The notes: generated by a model from the sequence alone, not told the origin. A stretch of DNA of 32,000 nt from Sideroxydans lithotrophicus ES-1 (GCF_000025705.1 NC_013959.1:827063-859062), one strand, 5' to 3'; positions 8,638 through 20,329 are shown, numbered from the stretch's first letter. Program-made: numbers and translations.

Positions 8638-9507
8638 CTAGGCAGCTTGTGGCGCTTCCGATTGCGGTGGTGCAACAAGTCTCTGACTAAAAAACATAAC
8701 TTCAGATCCTGTGTACCTGCGCTGGGCAGTGTAATGCAGGCCATAGCTCATGGAACGAGCATATGCGTACATGTCCTTAATTTCCTCAACGGCGTCATAA
8801 GACACAACCCACGGTCTACGGAAGCGGGGGCTACCGAGAAGACGGGCAATCTTCAAATGGTCTTGATGCTGATAGAAATTACGATATAAACCTTCGCCTT
8901 TAACGTAGTAAGGCGGGTCTAGATAGATCAACGATTTCTGCGGCAAAAACTGATGACAGCGAAGCAGCAGCTCGTGTGCATCCTCTTCGTAGACATCGAT
9001 AGATTTTGAGTATTGCCCAATACGTTCTAGACGTAGGCATAACTCATCTCTCATAAATCTCTCATCTACCTTATAGGTTCCTGCCTGAGATTTTCCGCCA
9101 ATAACTCCGCCCTTTAGAATTCCGGACCGATTAGTACGGTTCATAAATAGCGTAGCAAATCCCCGTTCCAGCTCGCTCCCTTTCTTATCCCCTAACATCA
9201 CAGATCGCCAATGATGCCAAGCGTCCATAGTGACGGGCTCATTAGCAACTAGATCAATCAATTTTCTGGTGCAGCGTGTGGCCACTTTCCAGAATACCGC
9301 TACAGCTGGGTCAGCATCATTTATATGAATATGATCGACTATCCCGTCAACAAGCAGCACAAGAGCTACGCCAGCCCCTCCCGCATACGGCTCCAAATAA
9401 TGACCGCCCTCCAGCCCGTTGCGCTGGATGATCTCGGCTATCAACGGGGCGAATCGAGCCTTCCCCCCTGGATAACGCAATGGCGTATATAGTTTGTTTG
9501 AGTACAT
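8638..9507 (-). CDS. Dam-type (D12 class) N6-adenine DNA methyltransferase
   Basis: 289 aa. N-terminal YPGGKARFAPLI, AdoMet motif EPYAGGAGVAL and catalytic DPPYYVKG. AGGA Shine-Dalgarno upstream of the ATG at 9507. Confidence 0.85.
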   Translation of the reverse strand: MYSNKLYTPLRYPGGKARFAPLIAEIIQRNGLEGGHYLEPYAGGAGVALVLLVDGIVDHIHINDADPAVAVFWKVATRCTRKLIDLVANEPVTMDAWHHWRSVMLGDKKGSELERGFATLFMNRTNRSGILKGGVIGGKSQAGTYKVDERFMRDELCLRLERIGQYSKSIDVYEEDAHELLLRCHQFLPQKSLIYLDPPYYVKGEGLYRNFYQHQDHLKIARLLGSPRFRRPWVVSYDAVEEIKDMYAYARSMSYGLHYTAQRRYTGSEVMFFSQRLVAPPQSEAPQAA

Positions 9508-9545
9508 TGTTCCTACTTTAAGTCATGTAAATTTAGTTGGTCAGT

Positions 9546-11294
9546 CTAATTTTTTAGCCGCAGGGCCACTACCTCTACAGCTGCCTCAAATTCAGTAAGA
9601 AACTTGGTGACTTCTGTGGGTCTGTCGGCGACCCAAGACTCCAACAATTTCCAGTCCTTGATGTGCGCGAGGTTACTCGTCCACCACTTCTTTGTTTTGT
9701 CTCGATCAGCCAAGACAGTTATGTCGGTCTCCAAGAGGTGTTCTGAAATGTATGTCGTTGTAATCGGAAGGCGATCGAGTGCAGCCTCATGGCTATCTGG
9801 ATCACTCACTATATTTTTTAGATACTGAATTAATGTACGCTCAGGGGCTAGCGGCCGCTTTATTAGATCCTTGTTTTCGGCTCCCGTTTTCTTTCCCGTA
9901 TACATATCGCCTGGAAGGCGGGCAGTATGTTTGTATTTTTCATTCGCCTGGCTCGCCGAGGCATCTGCATCCAAGACCATAACTACTTTTCTAAAGTACG
10001 GATCATGGTCCCCTAACGCAGCCAAATTTTCACAGCCGACCCCAAGAGGCATACAGTCCAACTTCACACCGTGCTTAGATCCAAGCGTCCTTAGGTATGT
10101 CGTTCCTGCAATTGCCTTAAATACTGCTGCGGCCTCATCGTCTTCAAAATAGACTTTTAGCTTCGGTAGCTTCGCCTTCGCTGCCTTTTTTGGAGGCAGC
10201 AATTCCATATCCTCAAAGATAGTCTGGAGTGAGGGACTATCCAGAGCCTTCGGCCGGCCTGGGTCGCGCAAATAGACGACACCATCTAAGCGTTTAGCAC
10301 TTAATGGTTCTGATTCAGGATGCACTGCCTCAATCAACCGCAGGGAGTGAGTAGTCGCAATAATTTGTAGGCCAAGTTTTTTAGCGTGGGATTTCAGCGC
10401 CTTGACCAACTTGCCTATCGCATGTGGATGAAACCCCGCGTCTAGCTCATCGATGATAAGCAAGCCCCCTGGATAATCTGCCCACTCTCGTTTCAGCTTT
10501 TGGAATGACGCGAGAGCTAAGGCAATGCTGCCCAGGCTATCTTGTCCAAGTGAGACGCACTTTGGATCAAACTCATAGGCAGGCTGTCCTGAAAGCTTTC
10601 CTGTATTTTTGATGCGATGAGCGGTAATTTTTGAAGAAGTTGCTTCGCTACCAGAGATAACACTATTAAAAAAACTAGCTATCAAAGCCGCATCGGATGG
10701 ATCCATTGTCTTGGTACTACTAGCGACAGTCCCTTGCTCAGCCTCTCCTAGGGGCAATACTCGAGTCATTCCAAGATATATCGTTGGCAGAGGGACCTTC
10801 CCCGCCGGGCCAACCACAACTTTTCTACTCTCGCTAACAAACGTGCTTGTAGAGGGTTCTACTGTGCGGGAAACAACTCTAACCTCACTGGAACTGGAGT
10901 CGTCGCTACGGGGTTCCACTCGACATGCTTTCCCTACGACCTCTTTCTCATCGATCAGAAAGTGAATTAGGGGCTCCCCTAAAGTGGGGGGCGGCCCCAG
11001 CTTTGACTCGTAATCGCCAACATAATCAAGATGAATAATTTCCCCGAAATTCGCTTGGTATGTTTTATCGAAATAGGAAGTATTTTGCGCGCGGGTATAT
11101 CCCAGCTTGTGCCCCCTAAGAACGCGGCTTGTCAGCCCAGACTGATGCGCGATTAAGCCGAGGATTGTCGACTTTCCAATCCCGTTGTGGCCTGCAATGA
11201 CCGTAATCCGCTCTGCTATTGGAATTTTCAGACTCTTGAGGCGGCGAAACTTACATCCATCAAAGGTCAGTGAGGTAACCCTAATGCGCGGCAT
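9546..11294 (-). CDS. OLD-family-like ABC ATPase with C-terminal Toprim-like domain (putative ATP-dependent nuclease)
   Basis: 582 aa. Walker A GHNGIGKST (aa 35-43), signature-like SLGQDS (248-253), Walker B GLLIIDELD (277-285), H-loop ATTHS. The C-terminal half has a Toprim-style acidic pair, KVYFEDDE (E383) and VMVLDADAS (D442/D444), spaced about 59 aa apart. It ends 38 bp upstream of the methylase on the same strand. Confidence 0.7.
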   Translation of the reverse strand: MPRIRVTSLTFDGCKFRRLKSLKIPIAERITVIAGHNGIGKSTILGLIAHQSGLTSRVLRGHKLGYTRAQNTSYFDKTYQANFGEIIHLDYVGDYESKLGPPPTLGEPLIHFLIDEKEVVGKACRVEPRSDDSSSSEVRVVSRTVEPSTSTFVSESRKVVVGPAGKVPLPTIYLGMTRVLPLGEAEQGTVASSTKTMDPSDAALIASFFNSVISGSEATSSKITAHRIKNTGKLSGQPAYEFDPKCVSLGQDSLGSIALALASFQKLKREWADYPGGLLIIDELDAGFHPHAIGKLVKALKSHAKKLGLQIIATTHSLRLIEAVHPESEPLSAKRLDGVVYLRDPGRPKALDSPSLQTIFEDMELLPPKKAAKAKLPKLKVYFEDDEAAAVFKAIAGTTYLRTLGSKHGVKLDCMPLGVGCENLAALGDHDPYFRKVVMVLDADASASQANEKYKHTARLPGDMYTGKKTGAENKDLIKRPLAPERTLIQYLKNIVSDPDSHEAALDRLPITTTYISEHLLETDITVLADRDKTKKWWTSNLAHIKDWKLLESWVADRPTEVTKFLTEFEAAVEVVALRLKN

Positions 11295-11642
11295 TTGCGT
11301 CCTAATTTTGAGAATCTAAAGGTCGCAAATATAAACCATTATTTGCAATAGTCATATCGCTAGTTTTCGAGGGAAATAGGGCTCCCATCTTTGGTCAAAA
11401 GCCAAATAAATTCCCATGGACGAAGTGACCTCGCAGGCCGAGAAACACGACCGTCGGGTTTCAAGCTGGTGGAGGCTTAGCTCAATCAAAATACAGCCCT
11501 TGAGGCTGCCTAAGATGTGGACGTCTTGTTTGCCTGTTTGCGAGACTCAATTGCCGTCTTAATTCGAAACACCTAGTCCACCGGGTTTAGTGGACGACCA
11601 CTCCACTGCATTGCAACCGTCACCGGCCGAAATCCGAAGACT

Positions 11643-11669
11643 GCAATCAGGCTGAAGCAGCCGGATTGC
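11643..11669 (-). terminator. Imperfect GC hairpin downstream of the nucleotidyltransferase gene
   Basis: gcaatc-a-ggctg-aag-cagcc-g-gattgc. On the minus strand it is followed by AGTCTTCGGATTTCGG, which is only moderately T-rich. It lies 118 bp after the stop at 11787. Confidence 0.3.
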
Positions 11670-11786
11670 CTTGATAACTTGAATGGCAACTCTGGCCGAC
11701 TAACTGCCATGCATTGCACGTGGCGCGCCATCTCGCATAGGTTAGCTTCTACCAAAGTACCCGAGCTGATGTGTTATGCGCGGCAA

Positions 11787-12806
11787 CTAGCTTTTGCCGT
11801 CAAGCAAGGCAAAGGTGTTGTCGTCGCGCAAACTTTCCGGAAATACATGAATTTTGTCGAAGCTCAATTGCGGTAGTCGCTCCTGGAGCAGCTGGTAAAC
11901 AGCGCGGGCTTGCGCCAAGTCGCGCGGTTTTTTCATGGGGTTTCGATCCTCTTTTTGGCTCAACCATGTTTTGTAGAAGACGAAGGCGCGCGGATCGACC
12001 GTTACCATTTCGGCCATGCTGCCGTTTGTGCCGACTACAACTTGGCGGAATTTCGGGGAACTCAGTAGCCAATCCATGTTCTTGATTTTGGTTGCCCAAA
12101 AATCATCCGGGTTGGCGATTAATTGCGGATGCTCCTTGTCGTCAAAGAACGATGCGGGGCGGCGTTTGATCAGGTCGATCATATAGCCTTGTGAATTGGC
12201 TGCGCTGTATTCCTGATCTTTCAGCAGCTCAAAGGTCGGATCAATCTTTTTTAGCACGCCGATCAATCCGTACTTGTTGAAATGCTCGTCGCCATCTGCG
12301 GCAAGGGTGATTCGTTTGCGCGAATCCCACAGTAGATCCATATCTGTGGTTGCCGTCACGTCACCGTTGAATCGAACGCCCGCCTGCGTTTCATAGGCGT
12401 AGAGCGCATTAGTTCCGATCACCATGAAATGGTCCTGCAATCCCGTACGCCTGATTTCTTCCAGCAAGCCGACCACAACATTCGGCGTGCGTCCTACCCG
12501 TAAAGCGGCATTAAGTCGGGTATGCGTGGCGATGGCGGCACTGAGTTGTTTCAGGGTTTGCTCGGAAGAGGCTTTGCCTTTCTTGAATTCCTCCAGAATT
12601 CTTTCGGTCTCCGGCGTCCTCACTCCAAGGCTCTTAGCTTGCCTTGCAGCGTATTCGCGATATAGATAGTCGCGACCTTTGACGGTTTTCCAGTACATGC
12701 TGCCACGATAATTCTGCGCACGACGTTCCGCTGCAAGCCAGGATTTTCTGGCCTGTTCGGCATCGATGTATTGCCGGATCTGGTTTTCGTCGAGAGCGGT
12801 GAACAT
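11787..12806 (-). CDS. Nucleotidyltransferase-fold protein (GSU2403-like family, from memory)
   Basis: 339 aa. NTase-type motif pair VIGTNALYAYE ... TATTDMDLLWD (G[ST]..., DxD). No obvious partner gene on either side. Confidence 0.6.
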   Translation of the reverse strand: MFTALDENQIRQYIDAEQARKSWLAAERRAQNYRGSMYWKTVKGRDYLYREYAARQAKSLGVRTPETERILEEFKKGKASSEQTLKQLSAAIATHTRLNAALRVGRTPNVVVGLLEEIRRTGLQDHFMVIGTNALYAYETQAGVRFNGDVTATTDMDLLWDSRKRITLAADGDEHFNKYGLIGVLKKIDPTFELLKDQEYSAANSQGYMIDLIKRRPASFFDDKEHPQLIANPDDFWATKIKNMDWLLSSPKFRQVVVGTNGSMAEMVTVDPRAFVFYKTWLSQKEDRNPMKKPRDLAQARAVYQLLQERLPQLSFDKIHVFPESLRDDNTFALLDGKS

Positions 12807-13052
12807 AGCGGTTAGAGGAAATATTGTGTTTTGGCAACTTTATCCTCTAATTCCATATAAGTCAAAGTATTATATTATGTGATCGTGGTTGCACTTTTGT
12901 GTATGTCGCCAGTTTTTGTGGGGAGAGTGCAGAAATTGGGCGTATCTAAAACGTCCGGTAGCCGCACATGGCAGATATGCCCACAGCCACTGAAACCGGC
13001 CGATATGGTCAAATAGCAGCTACGCTTAGCTCGCAGCGCGGCTATCCAGTCA

Positions 13053-13283
13053 TCATGCAGTGTTTTCTTCGCGCCGATGCCGGACTTTTTTCTCCACCTT
13101 ATCTGCGACATAAGCTGCGAACACATCCACGTTGTCATAGCCCTGTGCCAGAGCGAATTCCGACAGCGCGTCGATCAGGTTTCTGGTCTGTTCGATCTCG
13201 GCGAAGCTGCGGCCGCAGGTCAGGCATCTTTCGCCATCGTCGCGGCAGGCGGTCTTGCCTTTGCAGGGATTGAAGGTGCTCAA
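13053..13283 (-). CDS. DUF1289-like small Cys-rich protein
   Basis: NPCKGKTACRDDGERCLTCGRSFAEIEQT fits the CxGxC...CxGCxRxxxEI pattern. The start codon is TTG (13283..13281) and overlaps the TGA of the upstream gene (TTGA). Confidence 0.6.
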   Translation of the reverse strand: MSTFNPCKGKTACRDDGERCLTCGRSFAEIEQTRNLIDALSEFALAQGYDNVDVFAAYVADKVEKKVRHRREENTA

Positions 13284-13714
13284 GCGGGGCTGCCTTCCGT
13301 ATCGAAGATCAGCATCGTCGTTTCGCCGTCGATGTCGGTGATTTCGGCCGCGCTCAACTTGCCGTTGCCGTGGTAGGTGTAACGGTGTGCGAGTTCGATC
13401 TCGCCGTAAGCGAGTTTGTCGAAACCGGTGAGGCGGTCGTTCTCGTCGAAGTAGCCCTGGAAGTAGGTGTTGCGGTTCTCCACTTCGCTGGCCTGCAGTT
13501 CGTTCACCAGCTTGAACGGCAGCTTCACTCCGGTGTAGGTCACAAAGAACCGGAGCTTCCCCCGGTTCTCATTCCGATCCCACTTCTTCAGTGACACTGC
13601 GTTGGCTTCTTCGCTCACTCCTTGCCGTGCTTCTTGCACTGTCTTTGTTGTTTGCTCGTCGCCGCATTGTTTCACTTTTGAATTGGAATCGGAATATTTA
13701 CTTTTGGTACCCAT
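13280..13714 (-). CDS. Conserved hypothetical protein (possibly DUF6156-like)
   Basis: 144 aa. Low-complexity N-terminus, then RFFVTYTGVKLPFKLV...NRNTYFQGYFDENDRLTGFDKLAYGEIELAHRYTYHGNGKL. It starts 4 nt after the Nif11 stop. Confidence 0.55.
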   Translation of the reverse strand: MGTKSKYSDSNSKVKQCGDEQTTKTVQEARQGVSEEANAVSLKKWDRNENRGKLRFFVTYTGVKLPFKLVNELQASEVENRNTYFQGYFDENDRLTGFDKLAYGEIELAHRYTYHGNGKLSAAEITDIDGETTMLIFDTEGSPA

Positions 13715-13718
13715 CTAC

Positions 13719-13937
13719 TCAGGCGCGCAGCAGCGCTTTGGCAAGACGCTCGGAGAGCTGGTCGGCGGTGAACTGCGGCTCGTTGGGCGGATACATCTCG
13801 TCCTCGATGAAGTTGAAGCCATGCTCCTGTGCCAGTGCGAGCAGTTCGCGCACTTTCTGGCAGGCGACCAGTTTTGCTTTCAGTTCCTGATCTGCTTTTG
13901 CCTTGTCGGAAAAACCCTTGATGTCTTTGATTGCCAT
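13719..13937 (-). CDS. Nif11-domain protein
   Basis: The track ORF is 13719..14030. I prefer the ATG at 13937 (MAIKDIKGFSDKAKADQELKAKLVACQKVRELLALAQEHGFNF), which matches the Nif11 N-terminal domain pattern. Confidence 0.7.
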   Translation of the reverse strand: MAIKDIKGFSDKAKADQELKAKLVACQKVRELLALAQEHGFNFIEDEMYPPNEPQFTADQLSERLAKALLRA

Positions 13938-14035
13938 GTTTGTCCCATGAATTTTGGAGTAAATGAAACAACGGGACACGTTCGATCCCGTTTTGTCGGT
14001 TGGATTGTCGTTTTTTTCAACCTTGAGCATCAGGC

Positions 14036-14051
14036 AGCAAAATGCATGCCT
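14036..14051 (-). promoter_or_regulatory. sigma54 (-24/-12) promoter upstream of the Nif11 mini-operon
   Basis: The minus strand reads AGGCAT-GCATT-TTGCT, with correct GG-N10-GC spacing. It sits 43 bp after the nifA stop and about 100 bp upstream of the Nif11 ATG. Confidence 0.6.
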
Positions 14052-14093
14052 GCCCGATAAGGCGAGTGCCGCAGATCAAAGGCGATGTTCTTC

Positions 14094-17217
<3,124 letters not shown>

Positions 17218-17238
17218 TCATGTGGATACAGTCTGTTC

Positions 17239-17254
17239 AGCAATATCTGTGCCG
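17239..17254 (-). promoter_or_regulatory. sigma54 (-24/-12) promoter for nifLA
   Basis: The minus strand reads CGGCAC-AGATA-TTGCT, with correct GG-N10-GC spacing. Its downstream (-12) end at 17239 lies 33 bp upstream of the nifL ATG (17205). Confidence 0.6.
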
Positions 17255-17297
17255 ATGATTTTCCTTTCCGGCTCAACGGCGGCAATGACAGGCGGTT

Positions 17298-17313
17298 TGT
17301 CGCGTTTGCTACA
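17298..17313. promoter_or_regulatory. NifA upstream activator sequence (TGT-N10-ACA)
   Basis: tgt-cgcgtttgct-aca. It lies 107 bp upstream of the rnfA -24 element and 44 bp from the nifL -24 element. Confidence 0.6.
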
Positions 17314-17351
17314 TCAGGGCGCGCCCCGACCTGACAACGACAAAGGTTTTT

Positions 17352-17368
17352 TGCACCTGTATGGTGCG
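17352..17368. promoter_or_regulatory. NtrC-type enhancer site (TGCACC-N5-GGTGCA-like)
   Basis: tgcacc-tgtat-ggtgcg matches 11 of 12 consensus positions. It lies 98 bp upstream of the nifL -24 element. Confidence 0.5.
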
Positions 17369-17419
17369 CCCCGGTATCAAACGCCTGATTCTGTGCGGCT
17401 CGATCCTGCATGCATTCCT

Positions 17420-17435
17420 TGGCACGCCGCTTGCA
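17420..17435 (+). promoter_or_regulatory. sigma54 (-24/-12) promoter for the rnf operon
   Basis: TGGCAC-GCCGC-TTGCA is a perfect core consensus. It ends 25 bp upstream of the rnfA ATG, and an AGGAG RBS lies in between. Confidence 0.8.
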
Positions 17436-17460
17436 CTAAGGAGCACAGGAGATTATCGAT

Positions 17461-18036
17461 ATGCGCGAATATTTGATGTTGTTGCTCAGCACGGTGCTGG
17501 TGAACAACGTGGTGCTGGTGAAGTTCCTGGGACTGTGCCCGTTCATGGGCATCTCCAAGAAGACCGATACCGCCATCAGCATGGGACTGGCCACGACCTT
17601 TGTGATGACCATGGCCTCTGCAGCCTGCTGGATGCTGGAGCACTGGCTGCTGGTTCCGCTGGGCATGGTCTATCTGCGCATCCTTGTCTATATCCTGGTC
17701 ATCGCCGTCGTCGTGCAATTCACCGAGATGGTGGTGCGCAAGACCAACCCGGGGCTGTACCAGGTGCTGGGTATCTATCTGCCGCTCATCACCACCAACT
17801 GCGCAGTGCTGGGCATCCCGTTGCTGACCACGCAAGAGAAACTGCCTTTCGTCAACAGCCTGTTATATGGCTTCGGCTCGGCTGCCGGTTTCACCCTGGT
17901 GTTGCTGCTGTTCGCCGGATTGCGCGAACGGCTGGCGTTGGCGCAAGTGCCGTCCGCTTTCGTCGGTGCGCCGATCGGCTTCATCACGGCAAGTCTGCTG
18001 GCGCTGGCCTTCATGGGTTTTGCGGGGCTGGTTTAA
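17461..18036 (+). CDS. rnfA: Rnf electron transport complex subunit A
   Basis: 191 aa polytopic membrane protein. Motifs: [34 protein letters not shown]. Confidence 0.93.
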   Translation: MREYLMLLLSTVLVNNVVLVKFLGLCPFMGISKKTDTAISMGLATTFVMTMASAACWMLEHWLLVPLGMVYLRILVYILVIAVVVQFTEMVVRKTNPGLYQVLGIYLPLITTNCAVLGIPLLTTQEKLPFVNSLLYGFGSAAGFTLVLLLFAGLRERLALAQVPSAFVGAPIGFITASLLALAFMGFAGLV

Positions 18037-18051
18037 ATATGAAAAATCTTT

Positions 18052-18129
18052 TTAGCCACAGAGAACACAGAGATCACAGAGAAAGATATGCAGGGTTTTC
18101 TCTGTGTGCTCTGTGTTCTCTGTGGCTAA
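18052..18129. repeat. 33-bp-arm palindromic (REP-like) hairpin between rnfA and rnfB
   Basis: The left arm ttagccacagagaacacagagatcacagagaaa (18052-18084) pairs with tttctctgtgtgctctgtgttctctgtggctaa (18097-18129). There are 2 mismatches and a 12-nt loop. Confidence 0.85.
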
Positions 18130-18150
18130 GTGGGTTTTAAGGAGATTGAA

Positions 18151-18687
18151 ATGTTCACGGCTATTGTCAGTCTGACTATCCTCGGTTCGGCTATGGGACT
18201 GTTCCTCGGCTACTCCGCGCGCAAGCTTGAGGTGGAAGGCAATCCGCTGGTCGCCGAGATACAGGCCATCCTGCCGGGATCGCAATGCGGCCAATGCGGC
18301 TTCCCCGGCTGTGCCGGTGCCGCGCAGGCGCTGGCCGACCGCAATGCGCCGGTCACGCTGTGCCCGCCGGGTGGGCGCGCGGTGGTGCAGGCGCTGGCGC
18401 TGAAGCTCGGCATCGAAGCGAACCTTTCCGATGTCGCCGACAATGTGCCGATGGTCGCCGAAGTGAAAGAGGAGATCTGCATCGGCTGCACGCGCTGCTT
18501 CAAGGTGTGCCCGACCGACGCCATCATGGGCGCGGCGCAGCAGATCCATGTGGTGTTCCGCGAAGCGTGCACCGCCTGCGGCAAATGCGAGGAAGTCTGT
18601 CCGACCGAATCGGTGAAGCTGCAGCCGATCCCGGTGACGCTGCAATCCTGGCACTGGCACAAGCCGATGGTGGGGGTGGCAGCATGA
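18151..18687 (+). CDS. rnfB: Rnf electron transport complex subunit B
   Basis: The ATG at 18151 is preceded by AAGGAG. N-terminal TM; CGQCGFPGC...C cluster motif; two ferredoxin motifs, CIGCTRCFKVCP and CTACGKCEEVCP. Confidence 0.9.
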   Translation: MFTAIVSLTILGSAMGLFLGYSARKLEVEGNPLVAEIQAILPGSQCGQCGFPGCAGAAQALADRNAPVTLCPPGGRAVVQALALKLGIEANLSDVADNVPMVAEVKEEICIGCTRCFKVCPTDAIMGAAQQIHVVFREACTACGKCEEVCPTESVKLQPIPVTLQSWHWHKPMVGVAA

Positions 18688-18850
18688 GCAGAGAGCAGGG
18701 GCCCCACGTGTGGGGATGTGAACGTCCGCGAGTGCGGGAGGGTCGTTGCGCAGCAACGGGGTACCCACCGGCCTCCTCCTTGCGAGGGGTGCTGCCGAGC
18801 CTCCGACACGCTGCATGTTGCGTTCCATCTCTCTCTAATGAGGAGGCAGC

Positions 18851-20329
18851 ATGAAACTATTCGATCTGCGCGGCGGCGTGCATCCGGAAGGTCGCAAGGA
18901 CTTGTCGGCCGAGCGCCATATTCGCGCATTGCCGTTGCCGAAAAAACTGTTCGTGCCGTTGCAGCAACATATCGGTGCACCTGCCACGCCGGTGGTGAAA
19001 GTGGGTGACCATGTATTGAAAGGACAGCTGCTTGCGGCAGCGCAAGGCACCGTGTCGTCATCGGTGCATGCACCGACCTCCGGCGTGATCGTCGCGATGG
19101 GCGATTTCCCTGCACCGCATCCATCCGGCTTGCCGGTGCCGACCATCACGCTGGAAAGCGACGGTGAAGACAAATGGATCGCGACCGAGTCGGTGGACGA
19201 TCCGTTCGCGCTCTCGCCCGAGAACATCGCCGCGCGTGTCGCGGTGGCCGGCATCGTCGGCCTGGGCGGCGCGACTTTCCCTGCGGCACTCAAACTGAAC
19301 CTGAGCCGCAGCAGCGGCGTGCAGACGCTGATCATGAACGGCGGCGAATGCGAACCCTACCTGACCTGCGACGACCGCATCATGCGCGAGCGGGCAGGGC
19401 AGATCGTCGAAGGCATACGCCTGATCGCGATTGCGGTTGCCGCCAAGGAAGTGCTGGTCGGCATCGAGGACAACAAGCCGGAAGCCATCGCTGCCATGCA
19501 AGCTGCGGCGGAAGGCAGTGCGGTCAAAGTCGTGACGATGCCGAGCATGTATCCGATGGGTTCGGAGAAGCAGATCATCCAGGTGCTGACCGGCAAGGAG
19601 ATCCCCGCGGGTGGACGTCCCGCCGACATCGGTGTGCTGGTGCACAACGTCGCCACCGCGTTCGCCGTGCAGCAGGCGATCCGGTACGGGCGGCCATTGA
19701 TCTCGCGCATCGTCACCGTCAGCGGCGGGGCGATCAAGACAGCGTGCAATGTGGAAGCCTTGGTCGGCACGCCGGTACAGGAATTGATCGATTTTGCAGA
19801 TGGCTATGTGCAACCCGCTGCTCGTCTGGTGCTGGGCGGGCCGATGATGGGGCAGCAATTCACCAATACCGAGGTGCCCGTGGTCAAAGGCACCAGCGGT
19901 GTGCTGGCGCTGACGGCGAAAGAGATCGGGCAGGCGGAGGCATCGCCGTGCATCCGTTGTTCGACCTGCGTGCGTGCGTGTCCGGTCGGTCTGTTGCCGC
20001 TGGAGATGGCTTCGCGCATCCGCGTTTCCGATCTTGCCGGTGCAGTCGCATTCGGGCTGAAGGATTGCATCGCCTGCGGCTCCTGCTCGTATGTCTGCCC
20101 GGCGCATATCCCGCTGGTGCACTACTTCAACTACGCCAAGGGCGACCTGGCCGGACAGGAGCGTGCCAAGCTGAAACAGGAAGCCACCAAAAAACTGGCC
20201 GATGCACGCAACGAACGCATCGCCCGTATCGAACGCGAACGGGCCGAGGCCGCGGCAAAACGCAAGGCCGCACGCGAGGCGAAAGAACGGGCCGCGAAAG
20301 AGGCGGCGGCGAAGGTGGAGGTCGTATGA
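18851..20329 (+). CDS. rnfC: Rnf electron transport complex subunit C
   Basis: 492 aa, AGGAGG RBS. NADH/FMN-binding region GLGGATFP; CIRCSTCVRACP and CIACGSCSYVCP; Lys/Ala/Glu-rich C-terminal tail. Confidence 0.93.
   Translation: MKLFDLRGGVHPEGRKDLSAERHIRALPLPKKLFVPLQQHIGAPATPVVKVGDHVLKGQLLAAAQGTVSSSVHAPTSGVIVAMGDFPAPHPSGLPVPTITLESDGEDKWIATESVDDPFALSPENIAARVAVAGIVGLGGATFPAALKLNLSRSSGVQTLIMNGGECEPYLTCDDRIMRERAGQIVEGIRLIAIAVAAKEVLVGIEDNKPEAIAAMQAAAEGSAVKVVTMPSMYPMGSEKQIIQVLTGKEIPAGGRPADIGVLVHNVATAFAVQQAIRYGRPLISRIVTVSGGAIKTACNVEALVGTPVQELIDFADGYVQPAARLVLGGPMMGQQFTNTEVPVVKGTSGVLALTAKEIGQAEASPCIRCSTCVRACPVGLLPLEMASRIRVSDLAGAVAFGLKDCIACGSCSYVCPAHIPLVHYFNYAKGDLAGQERAKLKQEATKKLADARNERIARIERERAEAAAKRKAAREAKERAAKEAAAKVEVV

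Noticed and set aside
11455-11530. tRNA-like fragment (ggcttagctcaatc) as a possible island attachment site remnant
   Set aside because: It shows only D-arm-like similarity. No acceptor stem, anticodon arm or T-loop (GGTTCGAATCC) can be drawn.
12875-13138. 87-aa minus-strand ORF upstream of the NTase gene
   Set aside because: It overlaps the 3' end of the DUF1289 gene in another frame. It has no RBS or motifs and spans the GC transition, so it is probably non-coding.
13719-13937. Nif11 protein as a Nif11-type RiPP (N11P) precursor
   Set aside because: There is no GG/GA leader cleavage motif and no Cys/Ser/Thr-rich core. No adjacent modification enzymes (LanM, cyclodehydratase) or export protease are present. 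It looks like an ordinary Nif11-domain protein.
17384-17396. IHF binding site (tatcaaacgcctg) between the NifA UAS and the rnfA promoter
   Set aside because: It has one mismatch in the TTR part of WATCAANNNNTTR, and the consensus is weak. I mention it in a finding but do not report it as a feature.
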